A stretch of 63,902 bases of DNA, counting the filler, from Collodictyon triciliatum (lineage: Eukaryota), in NCBI GenBank assembly GCA_043381765.1. It is 10 parts of 10 records of this genome, joined end to end, with 100 filler letters (N's around TTAATTAATTAA, not from the genome) between each part and the next. Parts side by side here need not be neighbours in the genome. Positions count along the whole stretch, not along the records: positions 40,097 to 46,676 come from JBHJMP010004365.1; positions 46,777 to 53,354 come from JBHJMP010004366.1; 8 more parts are not named here. One strand, 5' to 3'. The position numbers were made by a program, and so were the translations under genes. Shown here one piece after another: positions 40,097 to 52,015 of the stretch. Each line of letters starts with the position of its first letter. Within the stretch, counting starts at the first letter, position 1. The notes beneath the pieces were generated by a model. The model was not told the DNA's origin. It was given only the letters and a program-made list of their open reading frames with translations, and ran no database searches.

Positions 40097-43000
40097 AGGA
40101 ACTTGCTCGTGTCGATAGCCTGGCGGAATGAGATGAACATACGTATAAATATTTGCCCGCACGGGTTCGGATGGAATAACACCAAATAAATGATTTTTTT
40201 TATCTTTTTGTATAATAAATTTAAAAAAAGGAAGAAAAAAAGCAAAGAGGAATGCTGACTGCCATGTTTTAGATAAAATTTAGAGCGGTGACGAAGGCTT
40301 TACCTTCTTTATCGGCATGAATTTATTCAGCTCGAACTGGCGCTGTGTGCGAACGGATACATCATACTATCGCGATATCAGAGTCTGTTAGGCTCTTTTT
40401 TCCCCAAAAAAAAAAATCCACATAGTAGGATAAAATTGAACTTGTTTTTGTTCATCAATCATAACCCATATAGTAGAGAATGGTTAAAGCTTACAGGACT
40501 TCCCGATATGATCACTTTGTAGCCAGTATTGATGCGAGTCGGCACTTGAATAATGACTGTCTCGCCGTTGACGTTCAGTTTTACAATTGGCGTATCGAGC
40601 TTTAAAAAAATAAACATGTTAATCATAATGTCAACCTCGCAATAAATCTTTCCCGTACAAAGAAAAAACCTGATATGCAATTTAGACAAGGCAATCCAGA
40701 GAGCATCATGAGTAATATATCAAACCTTCCAGTCGGTGCTCAGTGTGACCCTCTTGCCATCAACATCCACGGCAAAGCTACAAACAATGCAAAGTAATTG
40801 ATTAGGGTGATATTTATTCATCTCAGTTTTAGGAAAATGGAGGGATTTAAAATCTGATTCATTTAGATTCAATGGGGTGAAATTACGTTTGGGCATCGAG
40901 GGGAGTAATAGTGACGGGCACGTCAAATCCAGAGGTACTGATAACATAGTCACCCCTACACATCAATACATTATTATTATTTTTTTAAAAAAAAAACATG
41001 GACGTTGGAATCGTTCACAACTCATCAATAAAAGAAGAAAAAAGAGAAAAGGGATGGCTTGGTTTACTTCTGCGTAAATGCAGCCGTCTTAAGTCTGCCT
41101 TCAATGTTTTCATTGCGGATTGTGTTAAGCATCGCTACAGCTGCAGTAGATACTACAAGGTTGTGGCGCTCTGCGTCAGTAAGGTCTTTTCCGTGGAAGC
41201 CCTTCGGATAAACCTGAATGATTTAATTAAATTAAGTAAATATATAAATAACAGTGTATTAATTTAAAACATTGATACAACAAATGCGCGAAAAGTACGC
41301 CAGAAACATGTTCATATAAAAGTTTGTCAACAACGTTATTATTGGATGGTGTTTTGCTGCGTAAGTGGCTTACCTTTGGGATGAATTTTGTGGAGATGTT
41401 ACCAGAAGCAAAGTCAGGGTGGGTCAACATGTCACGCAGAATGGGAATGTTCTGTTTGTTATATAAATGTTAGAATGAGACTCGCCAATTAAATAACTTA
41501 TACAGATCGTTATTCAAATGAAAAAAATTAAGTCGAAATAACTCACATGAGTAACACCACGGATGACATAGGAGTCAAGTGCTCGAACCATCTCTAGGCG
41601 AGCCTCATCTTGCATTAAAAAAATAAAAGAATGAAAATCAGTAAGGTGCATAAATAAGTTGATGATGTTTAGACGGTTTTATTAACCTGACAAATAATTG
41701 ATTTTTTGAAAAAAAAAAAAAGGACGTATATTTCTTTGAGATAAAATATTCTTACTTTATCGATGAAGGAAAAATTGAATGTATTAGATGTTGTCATATA
41801 TTTACCTCTGTTTCTTCCTGTGGTGACGAGCTTGCTAATCATCGGGTCATAGTAAATGCTAATGTCGCTTCCCTGAATAACACCGGTATCGACTCGTACG
41901 TGCTGACCTACAGGTATAAGTATTCGATTAGATTTTATTTGATTGATTATTGATTAGAGATAGAAAAAAATTCAGCAGGAACAAACCAGATGGCTCGATG
42001 TAGCGAGATAGCTTTCCGATGGATGGCAGAAAGTTTCTGTAAGGGTCTTCAGCGTAAACACGAGTCTCGAAGGCCCATCCGTCAATCTTGACATCATCTT
42101 GTTTAAAAGAGAGCTTTTCACCAGCAGCGACACGAATCATCTATGTGAAAAGAAATAATTAGGCTTCATAAATAATAAAAACCTTTATAGCTCATCAACC
42201 ACTATAGATTTGAACATATATAACAGGCAAGGAATCATTCATCGTCATGAAGAGGAACCTAAATCATATTATGGCATACGCTTGATTTGGGGGTATACCT
42301 GCTCAACAAGGTCAAGGCCAGTGACAGATTCTGTTACAGGATGCTCCACCTGAAGGCGTGTGTTCATTTCAAGGAAGTAGAAGTTTTTGTTGGGATCAAC
42401 CAAAAACTCGACAGTTCCTTAAATTCAGAGAGTATTATGAGAACAAAGTATACATAAGATTTCAATTCAGAGTCTACTTTTCGCATCACATTATGATAGC
42501 TCCAGGCACGAAAGAGGGAGTGATATTAGGTATGGCAAAGGAATACCAGCAGATTGGTATCCGACAGCCTTGGCAAGGGCAGCTGCTTGGGAGCCCATCT
42601 TGCGGCGTGTATCAGGGTCGATGAAGGAGCTGGGAGCTTCTTCAATGACCTTCTGGTTACGGCGCTGAATGGAGCACTCTCGCTCAGGAAGGTAAATCTT
42701 GGAGTTTATGAAATAGAGTCGATTATTATTCGACAGAAGCTTTACCCAACAAGCAAATATAACTCGATAAAAAAAGTGTATATGCCTATTTATTTATATT
42801 AAGGATAATTCAATATCTATGTATGACAACAAACAGTATTTCCAAACGAGTCAGCAATGATTTGGACTTCGATGTGTCGGGGATTGTCGATAAACTTCTC
42901 AACGAAGACACGGTCATCTCCGAAACTTTTTATTCAATCATTAGTTAATTAAGGAGATGTGTGTTTGGATGATTCCCAGAAGCTATCAGTCGTTAATCAC

Positions 43001-44855
43001 GAATAAAATAAGGATTTTGTGTCATCATATCCAAATGGGTGTCTTAAGAACTCGTGGCGCATGATTTTACCTGGATTTGGCCTCGCTCTTTGAAAGACGG
43101 AACCCTTCAAGGGCTTCAGCATCATTCCTGGTAATGAAAGTATTGAAGATTCAAAACGAGCTTTTATCATCAAGCAAACTAGGTATTTCGTCGCTTTAGT
43201 ATGAATGAGCAAGAATACGGTCCAGTTATTAAAAAAAAAAAAAAAAAGAGTCGGATAGATTTAAAGCTATCAGAACGTACCATGCGACACGCATTCCTTT
43301 GCCGCCACCTCCCGCGGATGCCTTAATCATGATGGGGTATCCGATGTCGTGTGCTTTAAATGAAAGTATCATTGAATGAGTATGGGAATTATGAAAAGCT
43401 TCAATACACAGTGAGGTAAAAATGAACAGTATCACAAGCAGTGCTAAAAAGACTATATGTATACTTTTACTCTGGTGTGGTTCGTACGTTCTGATTATCA
43501 AAGTTACTTCCAGATGAATAATGCTTACCAATCTTGAGAACCTCCTGAGGGTCGTCAATTTCAGCCAGGACTCCAGGGACGGAGTTAACTTTGGCACCAG
43601 CAGCGAGCTTTTTGCTCTCAATCTTGTCACCCATCGCATGAATGGCCTGTGAGGTAGATTGAAATAGAAAAGGAAGTATTAGCTGTCTAAATGTGTATCA
43701 ATAGAAGAGCGAATCCCGTAGCTTGGTAAAAAAATAAAATAAAATAATCAGTGGCATATGAGATATAATTATGGCATTCTGCCCTCCAATCCCTCTGTCG
43801 AGGCACAGTAGGATACAATTATATATAAGTGAAGGAGAAACTACTCACATATGAAGTGGGTCCAATGAAGGTCACCCCGATATCCTCAAGCTTCTTGGCG
43901 AACACTGAGAATGAAACAGGGGATTATCTGAGTAATTCCAATTGCAAAGAGTATGCTCCCATATTCGATGGGAAAGGCGCTATCGAAAAGGCACAATGTG
44001 AAGCATACCTGTGTTTTCGGAGAGGAATCCATAGCCAGGATGGACAGCTTGCGCACCAGATTCACGAATGACCTCTATGATTCGCTCCATGTTGAGATAA
44101 CTCTTTGAAGTTGGCGCAGGCCCCTACCCAATCAAACATATGTATTAATGCAAGCAAGACTTTTTTTTTAAAAAATCCCTATAAATTAAAATTATAGCAA
44201 GAAAACTGCCATGCGCATAGAAATCAACATGGAGAGGATATCCATCCCCAAAGTCAAGAGATAAGCTGCGGTAAGGACAAGCAACTAGTTCAGTCAACTC
44301 GACCAAAAGCCAAGTGAAGCGAAAAGGAGTATAGTTTCGATGGTGACAAACCACACAGTATGCCTCGTCAGCCATCTTGACATGCTCAGCAAACTCGTCG
44401 GCAGCAGAGTAAATGGCAACAGTCTTGATACCCATCTTGCGGGCAGTGCGCATCACACGGCATGCGATTTCTCCACGATTGGCGACGAGTATTTTGTCAA
44501 ACCACTTCACAGAATGAACACGCCATGAGAAAGGGGCCAAGTAAAAATAATATTAATAATATTAATAAGTTTGGAAGGACGAGCGAATAGAGATAAGAGG
44601 GAAGGGTGAGTTGAGGAAGGGGCCGCGTGTCTGTGGTTCATGCGGAGTGATATTCATATTCACACAGACGGGATTGTTGACCGGCTTCAGACGCGGGGCG
44701 GGCGGGGCAGCGGCAGTCGAAGAGGTGTGGATCAGGTTGGCGCGGGGAAGCGTATAGAGGAAGGCCGCCGTCTGCTGGCGATGAAGCAGGCGCAGAAGTC
44801 CGATGGGCGACGAGAACAGGGGCATTTTGTGCAGGTAGAAGGCTGCAAGTACCAT
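40097..44855 (-). CDS. PCCA: Propionyl-CoA carboxylase alpha chain (biotin carboxylase family), multi-exon, 3' truncated
   Basis: [89 protein letters not shown]; basic N-terminal extension resembling a mitochondrial presequence. Confidence 0.88.
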
Positions 44856-44889
44856 ACATTTGTTCTTGTTTGCTTCTCTTGTTCGCTTC

Positions 44890-45145
44890 GTGTGTTTGGT
44901 TCGTGTGTTTGGTTCGTGTGTTTGGTTCGTGTGTTTAGTTCGTGTGTTTAGTTTGTGTGTTTAGTTTGTATGTTTAGTTTGTATGTTTAGTTTGTATGTT
45001 TAGTTTGTATGTTTAGTTTGTATGTTTAGTTTGTATGTTTAGTTTGTGTTTTTAGTTTGTGTGTTTAGTTTGTGTGTTTAGTTTGTGTGTTTAGTTTGTG
45101 TGTTTAGTTTGTGTTTAGTTTGTGTTTAGTTTGTGTGTTTGGTTC
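44890..45145. repeat. 13-bp tandem repeat with a drifting unit (GTGTGTTTGGTTC to GTATGTTTAGTTT)
   Basis: Direct reading upstream of PCCA. Confidence 0.85.
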
Positions 45146-46776
45146 GAGGGTGTTAAATTCAGTGCTTCTGGATGTTATTCTTGTTGCTCTGATTGTTTTT
45201 TTGGAGTTTCCTTTATTTGATTCAAAGTATTGTTGTTTGGAGTTGTTTTCATTGGCGCGTTTGTTGCATCCCTTTCTTTTCTGTTCTCGTTGCTGAGTGT
45301 GAGACACGTAATTGTGTGTCAACGCCGATTGGTGGTTACGACACGTGACGTCACAATGATGCCGATGAAGGTGGTTCGTTTTTGTTCCAATTTTGGCCTG
45401 GCTGATAGGTTGTGGGTTGTCGTCACGAAAGAATAAGGTACGGTATAAGTTTAGGGTGTTGGATGGTGGAATCCGCATCTCGTTCGACTGTTCCATGAAC
45501 TAAAAAAAAGAAAGATTGATGAAGGATAATATTCATATGGGTTCTACACTGTTCATATCAACTTTTCAAACTCGATTTTCATGATTTCTGTAAAAAGATA
45601 ATTGGCATGATTCTCGATGTTACGAATATGTTTCTTTTTTAGTTCAAAAAGGCTCCTTTCAATCTAGAAAAGGGTCAGTATGAAACTTTTGAAAAAAAAC
45701 TCTTCATCTGGTTCAAGAGAAGGAAGAATTTTTCGATTTTTTCTACAGCCCGGCCTAACTGTATGTAACTTTTGCATATGCCCTGATAGATTTTGCATCC
45801 ACGCACCGGCCCTGATATATGACAATTTTTGTTTAAATTGCTCCTAGATATTAATTGGGCATGGAGAAACGGGGTTGGTCTTCGTTATGCACTCTAACAG
45901 GAAAGAGGTGGGTACCATGCGAAAAGTTCTTTTGAGAATCAACCCCGTGGATGTATGTCAAACAAAGACAATTAGCTGAAGATAACTCAAGTATCTGCAG
46001 AAGCATTGAAGATACTTGTGTCTCTAGATAATTCAAGCTAATTTTCGCATCTATGTGCGTTTGAGTGTCATGTTACGGACATAACTGGCCCCCTCAACCC
46101 ATAGATTCCAGGGCACTGCATGCGAACGTCGTAGTAATTTTTATAATTGTTAGGTATTCTCACCCTGTGACGGCCTGCGAAAGCGAAAGCAAATAACCCC
46201 ACTTTCCGATATATCTCTTGTGGAATTTACTATAATAATATCAATTGATGTATTTCTACCCTATATTACCATAACCAAGTATACATAATCCTTCAATATA
46301 ATACATATAATTATAAGTGCCCTCTTTAGTCGTTCCCAGAAGGACTTCGTCTTGTTTTCGTCCCATTTTGCTCGCTCAGATCAAACTGGCGGCAGACATA
46401 TAATTGTGTGTATATTTAAGGCTCCACTAGTGTGCGTGAACCAACAGGGAACAAAGCGATGGTCAAGCTTTACACACACCGGTCATCTACTCACCACGGA
46501 CACGGCTAATCAGCAAAGTACGTCGAAAGCTGATATTTTTTTAATCACCCCGACAGGGCGCGTGCTTTCGCACTTGCTATTTTGTTTTTGTTTTTGTTTT
46601 TGTTTTTGTTTTTGTTTTTGTTTTTGTTTTTGTTTTTGTTTTTGTTTTTGTTTTTGTTTTTGTTTTTGTTTTTGTTNNNNNNNNNNNNNNNNNNNNNNNN
46701 NNNNNNNNNNNNNNNNNNNNTTAATTAATTAANNNNNNNNNNNNNNNNNNNNNNNNNNNNNNNNNNNNNNNNNNNN

Positions 46777-48398
46777 TATTCAATAATATCGTCAAATCTA
46801 ACATTAGAATTAAAAGTATTATAAATTAAATCAGTATCAACATAAGAAGAAAATAAAGTGTTGACATCTCGATAATGTATTACATCATTACCTGTAAATA
46901 CAAACATTTTAGTTACAGGATTATAATAACTAGCATTTCCGGCTGCTGTAAATGTTAATGGTACATATGACCAATTAATACCATCTCTCGATACTGCCAT
47001 ATTATTATTTGTCTGTTCCGCGGATGCTATAAAAAAACCACCAAAATCATTAACCCAATTAATACATTGTGCAATAAATGGTAATGTTCCAGGTGAATGC
47101 CAATTAATACCATCTTTCGATATCATAAACGGTCCGTCCGCGGTGTTTGGTGATGTAGTAAATATACCTAATTTAGGACTCCATTCTACAGCCCTTAAAG
47201 GACCATCAACTGTTACTGCTGTAAAAAAATTAGTTAAACCTGTTGGTAAAGATGTACCATTATAATAAAATATTCTTGAACTAGTTCTAGATACTATTAC
47301 ATATCGTTGTAATTGTGGAGAATATGTTATATCAGATAAAAAATTATCAGTTGTATTAGTAATATTACCTTCAGTCCAAGTTAACATATCCGTGGAAATT
47401 TTAACACGTGATTCAATATCAAGTGTTATAAATTGACCATTTATAAATTCTATTTTTTGTACTTGTCTTGCATTTTGCCATGTCTGTGAGTTAACAACTT
47501 GCGTCCAACCTGTTTTAGCTGTTACGTCTGTGGTATAATATAATCGTCGTGCTTGGTTAGATGCTGAAACACAAGCCCATATATTATTACCAAAAGCTAC
47601 AGAGACCACTTGATTCATATTAATAATAGTATTTGTTAATTCTGTCCATGTAGTTAAATTATTAGGTTCTGAAATAAATAATCGCTGATGTCCTGATGTG
47701 GAACTATTACTACATATTACATAAACACCATTTGATGTATTACATGCTATATCTAACAATCTTGATGCTGAGCCTATAGGGTCTAAACCTGTACTAACTG
47801 TAGGTGTTAATATTAATGAATAATTGGGAGTATAAGCATTAAAATTACTAGGACCATTTACATTAACTGTTTTCATATTTGTATTATTAGAAGTATTTAA
47901 ACCAATATTAAAATTAGTTCTTGTTAATTCTGTTGATAAAATACCATTTACAATAGCCCATAATCGGGGATCTGTTGCGGCATTTGTTTGCTCGCCTGCA
48001 TATCCTGTATTAGTAGATTGAAAATTAAAATTTAAACCGGGAACTGTTGAAGATTGTGAACCATTATTACAATTAACGCGATTATAATATATTGATTGGT
48101 TAACATTCATTTCTTGAAGTAATGCGCCACCGATATTAAATCTTAATCTATCAATACCACTAGAAAATTCATATGATAAACCAGTATCGGCACCACTTAC
48201 AGATTTAAAGGAATAAGAGGGTAATAATGAAGTACCATCGCCCGCGTAAAAATTATTTGCTGATATTGTGCTGCTTGATAATTGATCTGACCAATTAACA
48301 AATAGACCGTTATTATCTATTTTTAATATTTTATTGGCATCAGTTGTTGTAAAGCTTGGTAAATCATTATTTGAATCTGATTGCTCGTAATATGACAT
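46777..48398 (-). CDS. Putative fibre/spike protein with a beta-propeller region, 3' truncated
   Basis: Tail-fibre-like GDGTSLLPSYSF..DTGL repeat; propeller blades VAFGNNIW, ITYSPQL, VEWSPKLG; Asp-box-like SKDGINW and SRDGINW. Confidence 0.65.
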
Positions 48399-48430
48399 AT
48401 ATATAATATATTTATATATTTTTATTTATT

Positions 48431-49168
48431 TTAAAATGCAATTACTTTTAATGTGAAATTAAAATCAATGTTATAATCTGTATTACTTATAGCTCTACCA
48501 TTTGGATATATTAATCTAAAATTCCATTGATATGGTATAACATCACAACTTAAATAATTTATTTCTGTTAATTCTTGGTATACATGACTGTTTCTATTTG
48601 TTAATAATGATATTTTAAATAATATATTATTACCTTGTATATTAGCCGAATTATTAGAACTATTTAAATTATTACTAACTAAATATACATAACTATAAGG
48701 CCTTAGATTTAATTGAAATGGTAAATATGAATTACTCGTAGATGTTGAATAATCAACAGAAAACCCTAAAACATCTTTAATGGTTGATGATGATTTTAAT
48801 ATAATATTACTTGATGAATTACCTTTAACAACTGTTAATTTATTATTTTTTTCATCATAACCCCATGATAAAGAATTACCAGTAAAAGTAATAGCATTTA
48901 AAACAACTAATAATTCATTTACTTTATATGTAGCATCTGATATATATATAACTCTATCTGTCGCACCTTCTAATATGTGAAGTTCATTATTAGTTGAATT
49001 AATTTGATAAAATGATGTTGATATATTTATTGATTTTAACCCAACTAAACCGCTATTTTTATTACCTTTATTTTTTGTATTTGTAATTATAGTAAAGTCA
49101 GTAGGTGTTCCATTGTTTCGAAATGCTGAATCAACATATAAATAATATTCATCGGTTTCTTTATTCAT
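48431..49168 (-). CDS. Putative minor capsid (penton) protein
   Basis: N-terminal YVDSAFR..DF, beta-rich, C-terminal FNFTLKV; typical of PLV single-jelly-roll pentons; homologous to 55524..56291. Confidence 0.75.
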   Translation of the reverse strand: MNKETDEYYLYVDSAFRNNGTPTDFTIITNTKNKGNKNSGLVGLKSINISTSFYQINSTNNELHILEGATDRVIYISDATYKVNELLVVLNAITFTGNSLSWGYDEKNNKLTVVKGNSSSNIILKSSSTIKDVLGFSVDYSTSTSNSYLPFQLNLRPYSYVYLVSNNLNSSNNSANIQGNNILFKISLLTNRNSHVYQELTEINYLSCDVIPYQWNFRLIYPNGRAISNTDYNIDFNFTLKVIAF

Positions 49169-49215
49169 ATATAAATATGTTATATAAAATTTTTTTATAT
49201 TTTATTAATATATAT

Positions 49216-49575
49216 ATGGAAGAAATACAAAAAGAAGAAATAAAAGAAGACACAATAGAAAAACCAAAAAAACAAAAAAAACAAATTTCAGAAAGACAAG
49301 CGGAAGCATTAAGACTCAATAGATTAAAGGCAACAGAAAAAACGAAAGAGAACGCACAATTAGTTAAAACAATTAAACAATATAATTTAATGCCTGCTTT
49401 AGCGCCTAAAAATAATAATATAGATGAATTAAAAAATGAATTAAAATATATTCGGGACTTTGTTGATGAAACTAAAAAACGAAAAGAAGAGAAGAAAAAA
49501 GCAAAAGAACTAGTAGAAAAAGATGAATATTATAACTATATCAATAATGTAAATAATGATATTTTTTTTAGATAA
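49216..49575 (+). CDS. Small basic coiled-coil protein conserved in both viral elements
   Basis: Start re-assigned to ATG 49216 after a TATATA run; SERQAEAL..KATE..KTIKQY aligns with 56326..56673. Confidence 0.75.
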   Translation: MEEIQKEEIKEDTIEKPKKQKKQISERQAEALRLNRLKATEKTKENAQLVKTIKQYNLMPALAPKNNNIDELKNELKYIRDFVDETKKRKEEKKKAKELVEKDEYYNYINNVNNDIFFR

Positions 49576-49584
49576 CTATTATAT

Positions 49585-50298
49585 ATGGATATACAAAAAA
49601 TAAATGATATTGAAATAAAACCAATAACAAAAGTAAAGAAAAAAAATAAAGTTATACCTGACCCATTATGTGACCCTCACGCTGAAAGACCATTTTTATA
49701 TATTATATCATCAAAAACAGGAAGCGGAAAAAGTGTATTAATTAGTAATATATTAAAGAATATATATTATCATTATTTTAATAATGTTTATTTCTGTTCT
49801 TCAAATGTTGATAATGGAATGATATATGATGTAGCATATGATAAAGTTAAAATATCAGATAAAAGAATATTTGATACTTTTAATGAAGAAATAATGGAAT
49901 ACATAGTTAATGATATAAGAAGCGATGAAGATTTTGAAGATAGCCAATATTTATTAATAATAGATGATTTACCGACAGAATTAAATAAAAGAACATCGCG
50001 AATAGTAAAGCATTTTTTAAAACATCGACATATACATTTATCTATTATTATTGTCACTCAGAAATTAAATTTATTAAATACTGCTATTCGTGGAAATGCT
50101 ACACATTTAATATCATTCTTTACAAATAATAAAAAAGAAAGAGAGACAATGACAGAAATGACAGATAATGATAATTTTTTAAAATATTTAGATTATGCCA
50201 CACAAGAACCTTATAATTTTTTATTTGTTGATTTATTAAAAAATCCCGCTAAATTTTATAAAAATTTTAACTTTGAGCTTAAAATAAATGATAATTAA
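49585..50298 (+). CDS. A32-like (FtsK/HerA superfamily) DNA packaging ATPase
   Basis: Walker A KTGSGKS, Walker B LLIIDD, A32-type RH..SIIIVTQ, IRGNA. Confidence 0.9.
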   Translation: MDIQKINDIEIKPITKVKKKNKVIPDPLCDPHAERPFLYIISSKTGSGKSVLISNILKNIYYHYFNNVYFCSSNVDNGMIYDVAYDKVKISDKRIFDTFNEEIMEYIVNDIRSDEDFEDSQYLLIIDDLPTELNKRTSRIVKHFLKHRHIHLSIIIVTQKLNLLNTAIRGNATHLISFFTNNKKERETMTEMTDNDNFLKYLDYATQEPYNFLFVDLLKNPAKFYKNFNFELKINDN

Positions 50299-50933
50299 TT
50301 ATTAAAAACTGAATTATATATTATTGGTAATTCATTTTTAAATATATCTTTTATTTTTTCCGCTATTAATCTATGTTCTTTTTGTGTGTGTTCATCTAAT
50401 CTAACATTTAAATAATGTATCCATGACCTTATATTACCATTCATATATATTCTTGATAGTTCATTCACTCCTAAAATTACCCTCGCGCTTTCACATGCTA
50501 CATTATCACTTATCATCTTATTATATAATTCGTTTATTTGTGAATATATTTTATAATATTCTTGTTTATATTCATCATTTTTAGGATGTGTTAAAAATGA
50601 TGATTGCCTATTTGTATTATGTTTTATTCTAAAATCCGGCTCAATAATATCACTAGATAATTTATTTTTATTTTGGTATCTCATAGAAAACATTTGAAAA
50701 CTAAAGCTTTTATGTCTTATAATCTGCGTTATAATATATAATGGTGCCGTTATTTCAATACACATATTACTCATTTCAAATATTGACCAATGACTATTTT
50801 TAATACAATAATTTATTAGTTTTGTATCTAGACTATCTGGATTACTAGATGATACACGGGCACATTTTAATATAATATTTTCAGCATTTGGTGTAACCCA
50901 TATTAAATTAACTTCATAATTAAATAATGACAT
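50295..50933 (-). CDS. thyX: FAD-dependent thymidylate synthase
   Basis: HWSIFE, QIIRHKSFSFQMFSMRY (ThyX motif), ESARVIL, RSWIHY..R..TQKEHR. Confidence 0.93.
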   Translation of the reverse strand: MSLFNYEVNLIWVTPNAENIILKCARVSSSNPDSLDTKLINYCIKNSHWSIFEMSNMCIEITAPLYIITQIIRHKSFSFQMFSMRYQNKNKLSSDIIEPDFRIKHNTNRQSSFLTHPKNDEYKQEYYKIYSQINELYNKMISDNVACESARVILGVNELSRIYMNGNIRSWIHYLNVRLDEHTQKEHRLIAEKIKDIFKNELPIIYNSVFNN

Positions 50934-50944
50934 TAATATAATTA

Positions 50945-51304
50945 TTATATATATTTTATAAAATAATTATAATTAACACGGTTAGGTATTAAAAATATTA
51001 TTTTATTGTATATTTCATTATTTGAGCATTTTATATCAACATTTTTTAAATATGGAACACATAATAAATCTAATAATATTTTATTATATTCTTCTTTATA
51101 ATAACAACATATAATATTTATTTCTGTTATTAAATGTAAAGGTATTTTTTTATTATAAAACTTTAAATTATAATCTAAAGGTAATATAATATTATTATCA
51201 TTAAATGATATTATTATTTCTATTGTTTCATCCATCATATATATTGTCATATATGAATTTGTATAATCAAGACTATCAAAATTATTATATAACACTCTAG
51301 GCAT
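50945..51304 (-). CDS. Hypothetical viral protein (119 aa)
   Basis: Open ORF in very AT-rich DNA, ending 11 bp upstream of the thyX start on the same strand. Confidence 0.55.
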   Translation of the reverse strand: MPRVLYNNFDSLDYTNSYMTIYMMDETIEIIISFNDNNIILPLDYNLKFYNKKIPLHLITEINIICCYYKEEYNKILLDLLCVPYLKNVDIKCSNNEIYNKIIFLIPNRVNYNYFIKYI

Positions 51305-51315
51305 AATAAAATATT

Positions 51316-51350
51316 TTTATAAAATAATTTTTAAAAAATTATTTTATAAA
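51316..51350. promoter_or_regulatory. 35-bp perfect AT palindrome (17-bp arms, 1-nt centre) between divergent genes
   Basis: TTTATAAAATAATTTTT-A-AAAAATTATTTTATAAA; function inferred only. Confidence 0.5.
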
Positions 51351-51377
51351 TTAATTATATATAGAATTATTTATTTA

Positions 51378-51761
51378 ATGAATAATTTAATTTATAATAA
51401 TATGCAAATGACAAAGTTAAGAAATGATATCCATAATATTATTAAAGATCTTAATTTAATATATCATAATATTCAAATGAATTTAAATAAAGAAAACGAA
51501 CTTTATAATAATAATAATAATGTTATTGATAGAACTATACATGAAAACACGCCGGAAATTAAAATAAAGACAAAGATAAATAATTTGTCTTTACAACTAG
51601 AAAATAAAATAGATGATCCATTTATTAAAAAAGAATTACCTAAAGAATTAAAAAAAAGAGGAAGAAAAAAGAAAGTAATTATAATAGATGAAGACACTAA
51701 TAATATATTAAAAGACAGTAAATATGAATTACTTATTGACGAAGGAATTATTAATACTTAA
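51378..51761 (+). CDS. Hypothetical viral protein with a KKRGRKKK basic (AT-hook/NLS-like) motif
   Basis: ORF track; N-terminal coiled-coil-like segment. Confidence 0.55.
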   Translation: MNNLIYNNMQMTKLRNDIHNIIKDLNLIYHNIQMNLNKENELYNNNNNVIDRTIHENTPEIKIKTKINNLSLQLENKIDDPFIKKELPKELKKRGRKKKVIIIDEDTNNILKDSKYELLIDEGIINT

Positions 51762-51980
51762 TGAATTTTCAAAATTTAAATAATGTTTTTTATTTTTTAA
51801 ATGTCTTGATTTATTAGATAAATCATAATCTTTATTACAATATTCACAATGAAATTTTTTATTTTTTGTTACTAACTGATAATAATTAATAAAATAACCT
51901 TCTTCTTTTATTTTGTTATTATATTTTTGTTTTGATGTTAATTTTATTTCATTAAATAAATCTTTATTATCAACATTCAT
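51729..51980 (-). CDS. Small C2H2 zinc-finger protein
   Basis: FHCEYC-x11-HLKNKKH. Confidence 0.75.
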   Translation of the reverse strand: MNVDNKDLFNEIKLTSKQKYNNKIKEEGYFINYYQLVTKNKKFHCEYCNKDYDLSNKSRHLKNKKHYLNFENSLSINNSFVNK

Positions 51981-52015
51981 AATAAATATATATACTATTA
52001 TATATATTTATTTCT

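Noticed and set aside
44890-45145. 13-bp tandem array as a CRISPR or telomeric repeat
   Set aside because: No unique spacers, the unit drifts gradually, and it is internal to the contig; an ordinary minisatellite
49105-49215. N-terminal extension of ORF 49105..49575 (likewise 57766..57888 of the primase-helicase)
   Set aside because: Non-ATG starts; the first overlaps the penton gene and is absent from the element B homologue
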